Shown: positions 12,201 to 22,483 of the stretch, piece after piece
Layout of the letters: every line of letters starts with the position of its first letter
How positions within the stretch are numbered: the stretch's first letter is position 1
Virus record (IMG/VR): IMGVR_UViG_2660238657_000001
Span: 32,001 to 96,000 of that record
Length of the DNA stretch: 64,000 bases
Source of the DNA: a virus
Taxonomy: Duplodnaviria > Caudoviricetes
Direction: 5' to 3' (one strand)
Translations under genes and position numbers: made by a program
The notes under the pieces: generated by a model
Told to the model about the DNA's origin: nothing
Database searches by the model: none
Seen by the model: only the letters and a program-made list of their open reading frames with translations

Positions 12201-13868
12201 TGTCTTAACTACTCTTTTAAATTTATTTGTGTGAGTTAAAACCACATCACCAATTGATATGTCTTTGATTTGCTTATACCCGTTGTTAGTCATGACCAAT
12301 TCATTACCTAAAAAACACGCATTAGTAGATGTTGTTTTTACCTTACCCTCAAATGCTTTTGCTAAAGATAACATCTCTGGATAATTATTTAGTAAGTCTA
12401 TTAATTTTTTATTGCTTTTAGCATTTTGAATAGAGTCTTCAATAGTGTCATCTTGCATAAACTCTTTAATTGCATTTACATCTTTGATTGGAACTTTGGT
12501 CATTTTACCTGCATCTTGTATTGCAACCTTTGGAGTGTATTTAGAGAAGTTAATAATTTGTGCTACATAGTTTTCACCATATGTACGTTGTAAATATTTA
12601 AATACTTCTTCACGTCGTTCAGAACTGAAATCACTATCTATGTCAGGTAAACTAACTCTTTCAGGATTTAAATATCTTTCAAAAAGCAAGTCATATTTCA
12701 ATGGATTTATATTAGTTATTTTTAATAAATATGCGATTAATGAACCTCCTGCTGATCCTCTTGCGGGAGCAGTAGGAATCCTTTGATTGACTGCCCATTG
12801 CATATAATCAGCAACTATTAAATGATATGATATGTATTCCATTTGTTTGATTACATTATATTCATGCAAAACTCTTTGTTTATAATCTTGTTCTGTATGT
12901 AATAGGTCATTTTTAATTTGTTCATCCATGTTTCTGTCTTTCCAACCCTTAGTTATTAAAGCCATAAAATACTCTTCTTCTGACTTATATTCGTTAGGTA
13001 TTTTAACTTCAGGTAATACTGGTTCGTGAAATTGAATAGTTCCATTACATATATCAGCAATTTTATTTGTATTTTGTAAGCCAATAGTAATTTCATCTTC
13101 TGTTAGTTCTGATTTAAACATAATTTCATACATTTCATCAGTAGAATGGATATAACAATCATCATAAATTTCACCTGTAGTTGTTACATCTGCATTCTTT
13201 CTATTTACATTTACAAAGTTAGCATGGTTTTCTTTGTCCTCCTTTTTAACATAATGGCTATCACTTGTAATTATATATGGTATATTAGTATCATAATGTA
13301 ATTTCATCAATCTTTTATTAGCTTTTATTTGATCTTCAGAAGTATGTGCTTGTAATTCTAAATAAAAATTATCACTAAATATTTCTTTGTACTCTAATGC
13401 ATATTGTTTAGCTTGTTCATATGTTGTTGCCTTGTTAATTTTACCTGCCAAACAGGCACTACCAATAATTAAATCATCTTTAAACTCTTTTAATTGATTT
13501 AAGTCTATTCTAGGTTTAAAATATTTACCTTCAAATTCCCCCATGGTAGTTAATCTATGCAAAGCTTGAATGCCACTTTGATTCTTAGCTATAGTGAGTA
13601 AATGAAAATACTTATTATTAGGGTCTTGTATTGTATGGTCGTATGCTTCATATAATTCTATTCCATATAATATTTTAGTGTTATATTTCTCTTGCAGTTC
13701 AGCAAAATAGTATAATGCATATTCGGTTCCATGATCTGTAATTGCATATGACTTTATATTTAACTCATCACATCTATCTAGTATTTCTTTTGGTGTTCCC
13801 ATTCCATCCATTAAACTACCTATTGTATTATGATTATGTAATTCTGAATGATACTTAACCCTTTCCAT
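9270..13868 (-). CDS. dnaE: DNA polymerase III alpha subunit (intein-containing)
   Basis: PHP domain (HNH, TDHG, DSHY), RGSAGGSL, FERYLNPER..LPDIDSD, YQEQ, YGFNKSH. Confidence 0.96.
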   Translation of the reverse strand: MERVKYHSELHNHNTIGSLMDGMGTPKEILDRCDELNIKSYAITDHGTEYALYYFAELQEKYNTKILYGIELYEAYDHTIQDPNNKYFHLLTIAKNQSGIQALHRLTTMGEFEGKYFKPRIDLNQLKEFKDDLIIGSACLAGKINKATTYEQAKQYALEYKEIFSDNFYLELQAHTSEDQIKANKRLMKLHYDTNIPYIITSDSHYVKKEDKENHANFVNVNRKNADVTTTGEIYDDCYIHSTDEMYEIMFKSELTEDEITIGLQNTNKIADICNGTIQFHEPVLPEVKIPNEYKSEEEYFMALITKGWKDRNMDEQIKNDLLHTEQDYKQRVLHEYNVIKQMEYISYHLIVADYMQWAVNQRIPTAPARGSAGGSLIAYLLKITNINPLKYDLLFERYLNPERVSLPDIDSDFSSERREEVFKYLQRTYGENYVAQIINFSKYTPKVAIQDAGKMTKVPIKDVNAIKEFMQDDTIEDSIQNAKSNKKLIDLLNNYPEMLSLAKAFEGKVKTTSTNACFLGNELVMTNNGYKQIKDISIGDVVLTHTNKFKRVVKTMKRTSDDIYTLSIANTLPITTTGNHPFLVRKKIVNNHVRNYTIPEWKVAKELNDEYMMGIAINKNSIIPKYNVNLPFDNNNFWWIIGRYMGDGWCECPKGTNQKRFIICCDKNSANELNEITNHINGLFEYRYERANTTYKIFIKNKELYNYVQQFGKYAYGKRLTNDILDLPVSLLESFLEGYLSADGSYDAKCDIYGFKTVSKQLALGISACINKVYKKHCRFTVIKPRIEFIEGRKVYSKEKYDCKFSKHIKLKEHAFYEDDYIWTPLRYLNQNSNTEEVYNLSVLDDNSYTVNNIIVHNCGVVISSKPIYQYCGMKKGDNDEQLLQVDKVITEKLGMVKCDILGTTVLQIIDEVMKMADMDFYDLYTKIPLDDKETYEFFKKGLYYGVFQLGSYNMTKFFMKLQPKSIEDICLGISAYRPGSMKYIDDIINRKEGKEPIVYDHEVLEPILKPTYGICVYQEQVMQVLQAMGGFSFSQADLVRRGMAKKKAQYVLGQRNNFIYGLVEFTIDGTRCTTTYELAKEYLNDIEYTVVIEGAIHKGIEIKIAKKVFDDLEDFALYGFNKSHGLAYALLAYYTAYLKCHYPTYFMKTILSHAKDGMEIAQYLTQCKDLCVKVVHPNINESDLGFSVYNGSILYGIGSLYNVGEPTTRQIMNKRPYTSFEDFINKNVNNIAEDEIKIDKSALISLINSGCFDGLPIEENSTTLCDRQFLLMKVFYNVTSLIQKVSTTQIPELFDNPDIDMKEFYKEKQLYDLHKKILSKKNKLNLYKDDEIITTFKNNYSNDTFEIENDELNIIKNKYTSEYNKHLKHLKQVLKENSDQYTLLINKSRVVNAYLDYVKNNNEADLEFESTSFYFSKSWLEDSAEKYHVDEFKDIPNLNMDEVGYYKKKDLYTIVGVLTGKIKKHSEIVLLTNSGIVIAKLGDILYNSVASDLKRGDKIALSGYVGNGFFRAEFYQNNKSNKLLALKVLN
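11292..12317 (-). mobile_element. Intein with LAGLIDADG endonuclease in DnaE (342 aa)
   Basis: Starts CFLGNELV, block B TGNHPF, IIGRYMGDG and FLEGYLSADG, ends VYNLSV..NSY...IVHN followed by Cys. Confidence 0.94.
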
Positions 13869-13885
13869 GTAATCCCTCCCTACCG

Positions 13886-15061
13886 TTATTTTTTAAATAA
13901 ACTATCAATATCCATAGAAATTTTATTTTTTAACTTACTATCTATATCTTTTGTTTTCTGTTCTTTTTTAAATTTATTTGCGTTTTCCTTTTTGTACTTT
14001 AATAAATGAATACAATCTGGTCTACCACATAGATTAAAGCAAAAATAATTATCATCATTGGTTATTTGTTTTGGAGGAAAATTATTTACATTGGTTTGTG
14101 TATTTTCAATTTCTTTTACAGTATTTTTAATCCAATTATTACACTCTTCTAATATTTCATCATCAAATTCGTATTCTAAGAAACAATCTTCAATCCAGTA
14201 TTTATTTTTTAATTCATTTGATAATGATGATAAATCATTATTATTGACCATTTTACCTACTGTTAGTTCGGCTTCTATGGTATCATATCCCATTTTAATA
14301 TATTCATCGACTAATCTCTTTTTTAAGAATTTAACTCCATCTTTTCTTTGCTGTAGAGATTTTTTTGTTTTCGGAGGATTGGCTTTACTACCTTTTGTCT
14401 TATAACATGAATATATATATTTAAGCATTGTCCATCCTACCTTAGATACTGGAACACCCGTCATTTGTTCCACTCCTAACTTATATATAATTAATTGTCG
14501 TCCTTTGTCCAATAATTCCTTTTTAGTGAATTTGGAGCTTGTCTTCCAGTCATTAATTATTACAGATTTAAACTCGCCATTTTCATATATAGGCATAATA
14601 CTATCTACATACATCTGTATCCATATGTAATCTTCATCACCTTTTGGATTTTCAATTTTAGGTATTTTATATAATACGAATTGTTCTGTTTGCATTTGAG
14701 TATTTAAAATTTTATAATTATCAAAAAAATGATTCATATTTTTAATATAATTAATTTTAGTTGTAGGAGGATTTGAGGGAAATTTAATTCCTTTGTCCTC
14801 ACATTCTTTAATTGTGTTATTGAAATTTTTCTTAGCCTGTCTTAAAGTTTGTTCATTGTGATATATTTTTTCAAGGTCATCATGAACAACTGTACCAATT
14901 GAGTTATAGATATTATCTTTTGACCTACTATGTAATATGTACGCTTGATAATAATTATATTTACATCCATGCCATGAGCATAATTTAGAATATGAATAAA
15001 CGGGTATTCCCTTATCAAATAACTCTTGTAACTTTGGATTTCTTTTGCGTTCTGTCATCAA
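13886..15061 (-). CDS. PD-(D/E)XK (RecB/Cas4-like) nuclease
   Basis: YSYSKL..W..C.Y, G..VH, YVD..IINDWKTS, Q...Y, C-terminal C...C....C. Confidence 0.85.
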   Translation of the reverse strand: MMTERKRNPKLQELFDKGIPVYSYSKLCSWHGCKYNYYQAYILHSRSKDNIYNSIGTVVHDDLEKIYHNEQTLRQAKKNFNNTIKECEDKGIKFPSNPPTTKINYIKNMNHFFDNYKILNTQMQTEQFVLYKIPKIENPKGDEDYIWIQMYVDSIMPIYENGEFKSVIINDWKTSSKFTKKELLDKGRQLIIYKLGVEQMTGVPVSKVGWTMLKYIYSCYKTKGSKANPPKTKKSLQQRKDGVKFLKKRLVDEYIKMGYDTIEAELTVGKMVNNNDLSSLSNELKNKYWIEDCFLEYEFDDEILEECNNWIKNTVKEIENTQTNVNNFPPKQITNDDNYFCFNLCGRPDCIHLLKYKKENANKFKKEQKTKDIDSKLKNKISMDIDSLFKK

Positions 15062-15077
15062 ATCATCCTTTCTATTA

Positions 15078-16154
15078 TTAATTAATCCATTCTATATTTG
15101 AATCTTCTATACATTTATCCCATATTTCTTTTCCTCTATCTGTGGGACTTTCTTTGCATTTTAATATTCCTTCTGTCTTAACAAATCCCACTCTGCCACC
15201 TAATAATGAACTTGTTGTTAATAGTTTCTTACATTGTTCAGCATTGAAGCTATTTGGAATGTCATTGTCCATACAAGTAACTATATCAACTCCTAAGCTT
15301 AATAAAATTTCTCTTTGTACATCTGATGATGATAAATCATGAGAACCTAATGCAACTACATTTCTAACTCCATAACTTACTGCTTGTAAAACAAATTTTT
15401 CTGACTCTCCAATATATACCCTACCTTTTTGTAAAATATATTTATAATTTTGATATAATCCATATATTGTTTGACTTTTGGGAAACTGTAAATTTTCTAA
15501 TGGTAGCCACTTACTAATATTGTTTTGTGTGCAAAATTCTGCACTTTCATTGTATCTACCCATAATTCCTATAATTTCACCTGTCCAATGATGTCTCCAA
15601 GGAACTACTATTCTATTACTTATAGGATCATACATAATATTAAACTCAGTTTGAACTTCATAATTAATATAATCTTTGGCAAACATTATATTACCTTTAT
15701 TGATAAAGTATTCTAATATATCTTCACTATGTACTTGTAATTTTATTGGTGGCAATGTATTATTTTGTTTTTTAATATCCCTATAAAAGCCTCCAAATGC
15801 TTTTCTTTTAGGTTTGTTATTTTGAGGATTAGTTTTAATATTATAATATTTAATTCCTATAGCATTACAACATATCTTCATGGCTTCTGATAACTTACAT
15901 TGTTTTAATTCCATTATCAATGTAAATATATCTCCTGAAATCGGTACTAAATCATAAATTTTACTTGTCAAATTGTCATTGAACTTTACAACTACTCTTG
16001 TATTGTTAGGGTCATCACAATTTTTAGCACATCTATATTCATTCCTATGAGGTGTTAATCTATCACATCCTATATATTCTAATATTTTTCTTATATTGTC
16101 TGTATCTTCTAGTATAGTTTCTTTTAATTTTTTTATATCAAAAATTTTCAACAC
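15078..16154 (-). CDS. dnaG: DNA primase (TOPRIM)
   Basis: RIVVP, GIMGR, IYGL, IGESEK, VALG, MDND. Confidence 0.85.
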   Translation of the reverse strand: MLKIFDIKKLKETILEDTDNIRKILEYIGCDRLTPHRNEYRCAKNCDDPNNTRVVVKFNDNLTSKIYDLVPISGDIFTLIMELKQCKLSEAMKICCNAIGIKYYNIKTNPQNNKPKRKAFGGFYRDIKKQNNTLPPIKLQVHSEDILEYFINKGNIMFAKDYINYEVQTEFNIMYDPISNRIVVPWRHHWTGEIIGIMGRYNESAEFCTQNNISKWLPLENLQFPKSQTIYGLYQNYKYILQKGRVYIGESEKFVLQAVSYGVRNVVALGSHDLSSSDVQREILLSLGVDIVTCMDNDIPNSFNAEQCKKLLTTSSLLGGRVGFVKTEGILKCKESPTDRGKEIWDKCIEDSNIEWIN

Positions 16155-16177
16155 CTCCTTTTAACACCTCATATTAT

Positions 16178-17761
16178 TTAATAATCTTGTGTAACAGTAC
16201 AATACCCTAAACACTTCCAATAGTTAAAATCTAAATTAACTTCAAAAATTAATTGAAAATCGGCTTTCCCATATCTATTTTTATCAAAAAACATTATTAC
16301 ATAGTTTCTTGTTTTATCTAAAACAAAATGCTCCTTTTGTCCTGTTTGCTTATTGTATTTGTATGGATTTATAAAATGTTTACTCTTTTCATCTATTTCA
16401 TCTTGCCATATCTTTCTCATCATTAAATGTTGCCCACATACTTCTTTAATTGCTTTTGCTTTTGCTAATGCTTGGATATCCAAATACCTTTGTCTTATTG
16501 AAGAACCTGCCAATTGTGCAGTAGCTATAAATCTAATATTCAATCCACCCATCTCTTTTGGTTTTACTACGCTAAATAATTCTTTGGATTCTTCAGTAAA
16601 TATTGCATGAGCGTTACTACTTGATTCATCTCCTGGTTTCCAAGTATCTAATATAAAAGTAGTTTCTTCATCTAACCTCATCATTTTTTTTAATATTTTC
16701 TTTAATGTTTTTACTGAATAGTCTTCTAACGGATATAATATTAAATTTCCTTCATGGCTATCTAACCACTCAGCACCTTTTGTAAGTCTTTCCATTTCAT
16801 CATCTGTAAACCCACCTGCTCCTAATCTATTTCTTTGAATACCTTTAATTCCTTTTCCTGCGTATCCATTGCTAAGTACAGATGGTATTAACATACTTCG
16901 CCATGCATCTTCTGATTGTTCATTAATCAACAATACAACTTTCATATCTCTTTTTAATAACGGTAATATGTATAACGGTATGATACTACTTGATTTACCA
17001 ACTCCCGAATGAGCTGTATGTAATAATATATTTCCTCTATGTAATCCATTTAACCTATAATTTAATATAGGTTCATCAATGTCAATTCCTCTTTCTAAAC
17101 CTTCATTTGCCTTTTTTAAAAATTCTATATTGTTTTTAGTCAAATCAACAGGTTTAACTGTACTTGATACTTTCAAAAATGTATCACTTACCATATAGTC
17201 ATGCCAATCAAAAACTTCACTAGCAGTCATTTGTTTAAATTTTTCTAAGTTATCTAACACATTAAACCCTTTGATATGTAATCTGTTAAGTGAATTATAT
17301 TTTAATAAAACATCTAAATAAGCATCAAAATTTTCTATATTAACTATTTTCAAATCATTAACTGTTCTAAACCCATCATATTCTTCAAATATTGTCTTTA
17401 AGGCTTCTTTACCATGTAAATATGTTTGTAGTGCTACATTATCTATCTCTTTTACACCTGCTTTAGTAATCTCTAAGCCTATTCTATAAAACAATCTTCC
17501 TTCTTCCGTAAGGAAATCTCTTTCTGTTAGTTTTTCTTTATACTCTAAAAACAGTTCATTTTCTTTCAGTAAGCACCCTACAACATTTCCTTCAATAATT
17601 CCTCGATCTTTCAGTAATTCAAATGGCAATATATTTGCTACATTGTCTAAAAATTTAATTCCTAATTCTTTTAATTGTTTGTCTTTGTGTTCTTGATATA
17701 TTTTTTTATATTGTTCTTGAACTTCTGCAAAAGATATTTCTGACATATATGAATTTGTCAC
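16178..17761 (-). CDS. dnaB: Replicative DNA helicase, DnaB-like
   Basis: AHSGVGKS, NEQ, ILDTWK, TAQL, DKNRYG. Confidence 0.88.
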   Translation of the reverse strand: MTNSYMSEISFAEVQEQYKKIYQEHKDKQLKELGIKFLDNVANILPFELLKDRGIIEGNVVGCLLKENELFLEYKEKLTERDFLTEEGRLFYRIGLEITKAGVKEIDNVALQTYLHGKEALKTIFEEYDGFRTVNDLKIVNIENFDAYLDVLLKYNSLNRLHIKGFNVLDNLEKFKQMTASEVFDWHDYMVSDTFLKVSSTVKPVDLTKNNIEFLKKANEGLERGIDIDEPILNYRLNGLHRGNILLHTAHSGVGKSSSIIPLYILPLLKRDMKVVLLINEQSEDAWRSMLIPSVLSNGYAGKGIKGIQRNRLGAGGFTDDEMERLTKGAEWLDSHEGNLILYPLEDYSVKTLKKILKKMMRLDEETTFILDTWKPGDESSSNAHAIFTEESKELFSVVKPKEMGGLNIRFIATAQLAGSSIRQRYLDIQALAKAKAIKEVCGQHLMMRKIWQDEIDEKSKHFINPYKYNKQTGQKEHFVLDKTRNYVIMFFDKNRYGKADFQLIFEVNLDFNYWKCLGYCTVTQDY

Positions 17762-17767
17762 TCCTTT

Positions 17768-18385
17768 CTATAGTTCATCATCTTCAAGAAACTTAGATAT
17801 ACCTTTTTTACCTTTGTTTATTTTAATTTGTTTGTTTATTTGTATATTTATATTTTCTTCTTCAATTAAGTCATTTCTTTTTTCAATATTTTTAACTGAC
17901 TGATTACGTTGCATACCTATATAAATATCATTAATATTATTTTCTATAATAGCCATCATATAGTTAATTCTCTGATGTTCATTCTTAAATGATTTATTAC
18001 CAATAGACCATCTTATATCATCACCACAAGTTAAAAATGTATTTAAAATAACATCATATTTATAGCCTTCTTTTTGCTTGATGACTCGACCTACACCTCT
18101 TTGCATAACCGTTCCATTTCTTAAATCTTGTAATCTTGTTATTAAATACCTTGGCAATTGTTGTTCCTTTGTATAAGCTAAAACTCCTTTAATATGCTCA
18201 TAGAGTTCATCAAACCATTTTATTTCATTTTCCTTATATTCCATTAATTCATTGTAATCTTGTTCACATTTTTTATGTAAAAATATTTTAATAAGATTTC
18301 CTTTGGAATTTTGCTTAGATAAAATAATTGCTTCATCAATAGTTAAAAACTCATTGCAATATCTACATTTAACTTTTCTCGGCAT
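17768..18385 (-). CDS. Zn-finger protein of the SPbeta-like replication operon (possible helicase loader)
   Basis: CRYC..H..C N-terminus, INYMMAII motif; sits between the AAA ATPase and the helicase. Confidence 0.6.
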   Translation of the reverse strand: MPRKVKCRYCNEFLTIDEAIILSKQNSKGNLIKIFLHKKCEQDYNELMEYKENEIKWFDELYEHIKGVLAYTKEQQLPRYLITRLQDLRNGTVMQRGVGRVIKQKEGYKYDVILNTFLTCGDDIRWSIGNKSFKNEHQRINYMMAIIENNINDIYIGMQRNQSVKNIEKRNDLIEEENINIQINKQIKINKGKKGISKFLEDDEL

Positions 18386-18447
18386 TTATTCACTTCCTTT
18401 ATTTTGAAAATCAAGAGGGTAAATTAATACCCTCTATTTTAATTTAT

Positions 18448-19518
18448 TTATAGTACCAACTTATACATTTGTTCTATCGTGTTTCTATGATCTTCTGTTA
18501 ATTCATCCAAAGATGACACTTGTGTTTCCTCTACATACTCTTGCATCTTTAATTTAGCACCATCACCTAATTCACCAAACTTTTGCTTTATTGTATTAAC
18601 CATTTCTTCAATTGTTAGCTTGCGAGTTTTTTCTTCAGCTTGTTTTTCTGACTCTATTTCTTGTTTCTTTGCCATTTCTTGAATGTCTTCATCAGTTACA
18701 GGTTTCAATATTGATGATTTTACTCCTTGTTCAAATGCTTTTAAATAGTTATCTACTGAATAAGGCAAAGAATAAGGTAACTCTTTAAATCTCCCCCCAC
18801 AATCAATTTCTCCATCACTTCTAAAATGCATAGAAACTGATCTTCTTGCTGTTTTATGTTTTACATCATCTCCGTCGCCTATAACTGTCTTATCTACTAC
18901 TAAATATGTAATCATATCTGCCATGTTTTCAAATAATCCTGCATAATCATCTGTTAATGCACAACTTAATTGCATATATTCTTCTTCTGAACTTAGAACA
19001 GCACCTGTATTTTTCTTTTTTAATTTCGTATGTGCGATAAAACAAAGTCCATATCCTGCTCTTTTTAATTTTAATATAGACTCTCTCATTAGATTAATAC
19101 AATATTTTTTACCTCTTCCAAATCCACCAAAAGCACCATTAATACTTTCAATTGTTTTACCGTCTTTCTTTTTTGAATCTCTCATGGTCTTATCTTCAGC
19201 CATAGCCAAGAATTCATCAACTGTATCAATTCCAACCATTCTAAATGTTGTTTTTATTCTTTCTTCGACTAATTCATCAACCCAATCTTCCCAGTCTTCC
19301 CAGTCTTCCACTTGAGGTGAATACAAACCATCTAAAGCATTTTGACCTGGTTCAAAACCGAATAATATTCCTTTTGACATATCTCCATTGTAATGTTTAT
19401 GTATTAAGTCTCTGAACATTGTTGATTTTCCTGTTTTCTTTTCTCCTAAAAGAAAATGTATATAATCTTCTAACCTTACCTTTACTTCTATTGGTTTTAA
19501 TTTTTCTAATCTTCCCAT
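18448..19518 (-). CDS. AAA ATPase (Sak4/AAA_24-like recombination protein)
   Basis: GEKKTGKS, IDTVD, GFGRG, FIAH. Confidence 0.8.
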   Translation of the reverse strand: MGRLEKLKPIEVKVRLEDYIHFLLGEKKTGKSTMFRDLIHKHYNGDMSKGILFGFEPGQNALDGLYSPQVEDWEDWEDWVDELVEERIKTTFRMVGIDTVDEFLAMAEDKTMRDSKKKDGKTIESINGAFGGFGRGKKYCINLMRESILKLKRAGYGLCFIAHTKLKKKNTGAVLSSEEEYMQLSCALTDDYAGLFENMADMITYLVVDKTVIGDGDDVKHKTARRSVSMHFRSDGEIDCGGRFKELPYSLPYSVDNYLKAFEQGVKSSILKPVTDEDIQEMAKKQEIESEKQAEEKTRKLTIEEMVNTIKQKFGELGDGAKLKMQEYVEETQVSSLDELTEDHRNTIEQMYKLVL

Positions 19519-19574
19519 ACCGAAATACCTCCAAATGATTTATTTTTAATTAAATTCTAATTTATAATATTTGC

Positions 19575-20849
19575 CTATTTAAACATTGCGTCAAATTGAG
19601 CTGTAACATCTTGTTTTACTTGTTCTTGTTTTTCTTCTTCCTCTTGTTTTGCTTTTTCTTCTACTTCATTAACCTTATTTTCTATTACCGGTGGGACTAA
19701 ATCTTCAATTTCATATTCTTCCATTAAAGTTTTATCTTCTTCACCTACTGGCATTACCAATCTTAATTCTTTTATTTTATTACCAATTGAATTACCTCTC
19801 ATTTGTTTTATGGCTTGTTCAAGTGTAATAAATCCTAATTTAACTCTTTTCTTTAAATCATTAGATAAATCTTTTTCTGTTAGTTCTACTTCAGAATTAC
19901 CTTCAAATATCATATATCTCCATGATGTTTTATATACTTTATCTCTTTTAATGTTCTCTGCGAATACTCCTGTAAGGTATTCTACACGTTCTTTTATTGC
20001 TTCATCTTCCCAGTTAACCTTTGGATTTGAAAAATCTAATATGTAAGTGACTGGCACAGGTACAACAACTTTGTCCTCTCTTTTATATGTTCTATGTCCT
20101 TGTATATAATATTTTCTACTATGTTTAAAGTCGCTTTTATCAAACGAATCTTTTGTCATATAAAAATTAGTTGTTCCTATTGCCTGGTTTTCTTCATCCT
20201 TTCTAGCTAATCTAATTTGATCTATAACTCTATTGAAATTAGTTTTTAATTCTCCCATCTTATTTACATATTGATTTATTTCAGTATGACCATAAATATA
20301 TATTTTTTGTCCATTTTTTAAATGCTTTTGTATATAATCTATAGCATCACCTGTAAATATAAATTCTTTTTGTATTAATATTGGATTGCCATTACTATCA
20401 GTTTTTGTTTGTTTTATTAACTTACCGTTATCACCATTTACATTAGCTATTTCATTCTCTAAGGCTACTGTAATTTTATTAAAATATGGAATTGTTTCAA
20501 TTACATCTTCATCAAACCTCTTATCAAATGGTATTTTGGTTGTTTTATTAGTACCGTCTTCTTGTTTGTCAGATCTATAAATCCAATTTTGTTTCTTTTT
20601 GTCTTTTCCTCTTTCATCTTTTCCTGTTTCATTTTTAGTACGTTCAATTGCTTCATCTGACCAAAAACCTGCCTCTAATCCTACATATATATTATTTGTA
20701 TCTGATATTTTAACTCCTAGATTTAATCTTTTTTTCATCCATCCATTTTTTCCTGATGGTTCAGTTTTTACATATCTATCCAAATCCTTGTTTATTCTTG
20801 CTTCTCCTACTAATATAAAGTTTTCATTAACTTGTTGTAAATTTGCCAT
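19575..20849 (-). CDS. Putative ssDNA-binding protein
   Basis: First gene of the replication operon, beta-rich, acidic tail ending FDAMFK. Confidence 0.55.
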   Translation of the reverse strand: MANLQQVNENFILVGEARINKDLDRYVKTEPSGKNGWMKKRLNLGVKISDTNNIYVGLEAGFWSDEAIERTKNETGKDERGKDKKKQNWIYRSDKQEDGTNKTTKIPFDKRFDEDVIETIPYFNKITVALENEIANVNGDNGKLIKQTKTDSNGNPILIQKEFIFTGDAIDYIQKHLKNGQKIYIYGHTEINQYVNKMGELKTNFNRVIDQIRLARKDEENQAIGTTNFYMTKDSFDKSDFKHSRKYYIQGHRTYKREDKVVVPVPVTYILDFSNPKVNWEDEAIKERVEYLTGVFAENIKRDKVYKTSWRYMIFEGNSEVELTEKDLSNDLKKRVKLGFITLEQAIKQMRGNSIGNKIKELRLVMPVGEEDKTLMEEYEIEDLVPPVIENKVNEVEEKAKQEEEEKQEQVKQDVTAQFDAMFK

Positions 20850-21206
20850 ATATTATTCCTCCTAATTTTTAAGTCTCATTGGACTATTTTATATTTATAT
20901 TTATTTCTAATTTTTAATCATTTGACAATTAGGTGGAATTACTTTAAGCTTTATATGTAACCACCATAATGTCTTTGTTTATCAAACTCTATGACTGCGT
21001 TACATGGGTTAGATGGTCTCAACATCTAACCTTTTATTATAACATGGTGGTCTTACTCTTTTGATTGGTTTCTTACATCCTTTTTTAAATTTCAATCAAT
21101 CACTTCTTTCTGTATATGTTTTAATTTATTTTTATATTTAACACTTTAAATATTTTATATTGGGCAAGTGCCAGTTTATATTTAACCCACACTTGCTAAT
21201 AATCCT

Positions 21207-21791
21207 TTAAAACTCTATATTTATACTCTTTCTACTAGCTAAATAATCACACATATGAACAAATCTTTCTATTCTAGTTTTAGGTGTTGGTAATACTTCT
21301 TTTTTAGTCCTATAATCCTTATTCCATTCCCCCATATGGCTTCTTATTGCTTTAACAATTTGATCTAAAATTTCTGACTTTATTAATCCGTTAATATCAT
21401 CATTCTTATATATGTAATCTGCAACTATTAGTGGATGTTCTGTTTTTGTATACCTCGACTTTTCTATTCCACTTTTACATCCATCATGTAATAATAAAGA
21501 ACTTATAATTATATCTTTTTGAATTGAAGTAAAATCTTGTACTGTATGATTATTGAATAATTCTAATGCTATTTTTACAGCTCCTTTTGTATGTCTAACT
21601 AGTCCACCTTCACCTAACGCATATTGAGGATGATATTTACCTGTTGAACTTGCAGGTACCTCCCAAAAATATTCTGGTAAACTTTCTAATGCCTTAACTG
21701 TAAATTGCTTAATACTTTCGTCATTAATTGAATTAATTTCTGTTTGAAATACTTTTAAATTTTCTTCCATCTTCAGCCTCCATCTAATCAT
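21207..21791 (-). CDS. HD-domain phosphohydrolase
   Basis: PASSTGKYH, GGLVRHT, LLHD, HMG, CDYLAS. Confidence 0.85.
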   Translation of the reverse strand: MIRWRLKMEENLKVFQTEINSINDESIKQFTVKALESLPEYFWEVPASSTGKYHPQYALGEGGLVRHTKGAVKIALELFNNHTVQDFTSIQKDIIISSLLLHDGCKSGIEKSRYTKTEHPLIVADYIYKNDDINGLIKSEILDQIVKAIRSHMGEWNKDYRTKKEVLPTPKTRIERFVHMCDYLASRKSINIEF

Positions 21792-21851
21792 CTTTTAATT
21801 TACTCTTATAGTAAGTTTTTGTTTTGTTACTAACTCCTTACTACATTTACT

Positions 21852-21880
21852 AGTATATCATCTATTGTTATTTTTGTCAA
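21852..21880 (-). promoter_or_regulatory. Sigma-A promoter
   Basis: TTGACA-17bp-TATACT with TG. Confidence 0.8.
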
Positions 21881-21985
21881 CCTCTTTTTTAAAATATTTT
21901 AATTTATTTTTGTTATATTTTACTTTACATAAAATTGCACTTTTATAGTGATTTATAATTTAGGAAACCCTTAATATAAGGGTTC

Positions 21986-22363
21986 TTATTGACTTTTTCC
22001 AAACCTTCTACCTGAGAATATAGTTAGTACACATGCCAGTATCATTATTCCGCCTACCATAAATAAAAATGGATTTAATTCAGGAAATTCACTATAAGCC
22101 CCAAATCCAATGAAACTTAAGCCAAATATACCTTGAACAAACGCCATAGTATAATACGATTTCGCTGTTTTATTATATACACTTTTATTCCCGTGTACTA
22201 CTTTATTTAAAAACGCTACTTTTTCTTCGCATTTACCTTTACAAGCAATGGTAGCATCTATTTCAACAGCACATTCTTTGCATAAACCTTTATTACAACT
22301 TTTACAGATTGCAACGGCATCTCTTTCTGGATGATTGAAACACTTCATTTTATCCCTCCTCAA
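21986..22363 (-). CDS. B-box-like zinc finger plus two TM helices
   Basis: C..HP..A...C..C...LC..C and two hydrophobic segments. Confidence 0.75.
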   Translation of the reverse strand: MRRDKMKCFNHPERDAVAICKSCNKGLCKECAVEIDATIACKGKCEEKVAFLNKVVHGNKSVYNKTAKSYYTMAFVQGIFGLSFIGFGAYSEFPELNPFLFMVGGIMILACVLTIFSGRRFGKSQ

Positions 22364-22483
22364 GTATATTTCAGTATATTTTTCTCATATTAATAATACC
22401 ATACTATCTATATTATTCCAATAATAATTAGCACTTGATCTTGACTTGTTTTAGTTTTTAAAGCTATCATCTGTTATTATTAT

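Noticed and set aside
13886-15061. Cas4-like protein suggesting CRISPR
   Set aside because: No repeat-spacer array or other cas genes; it sits in the replication operon
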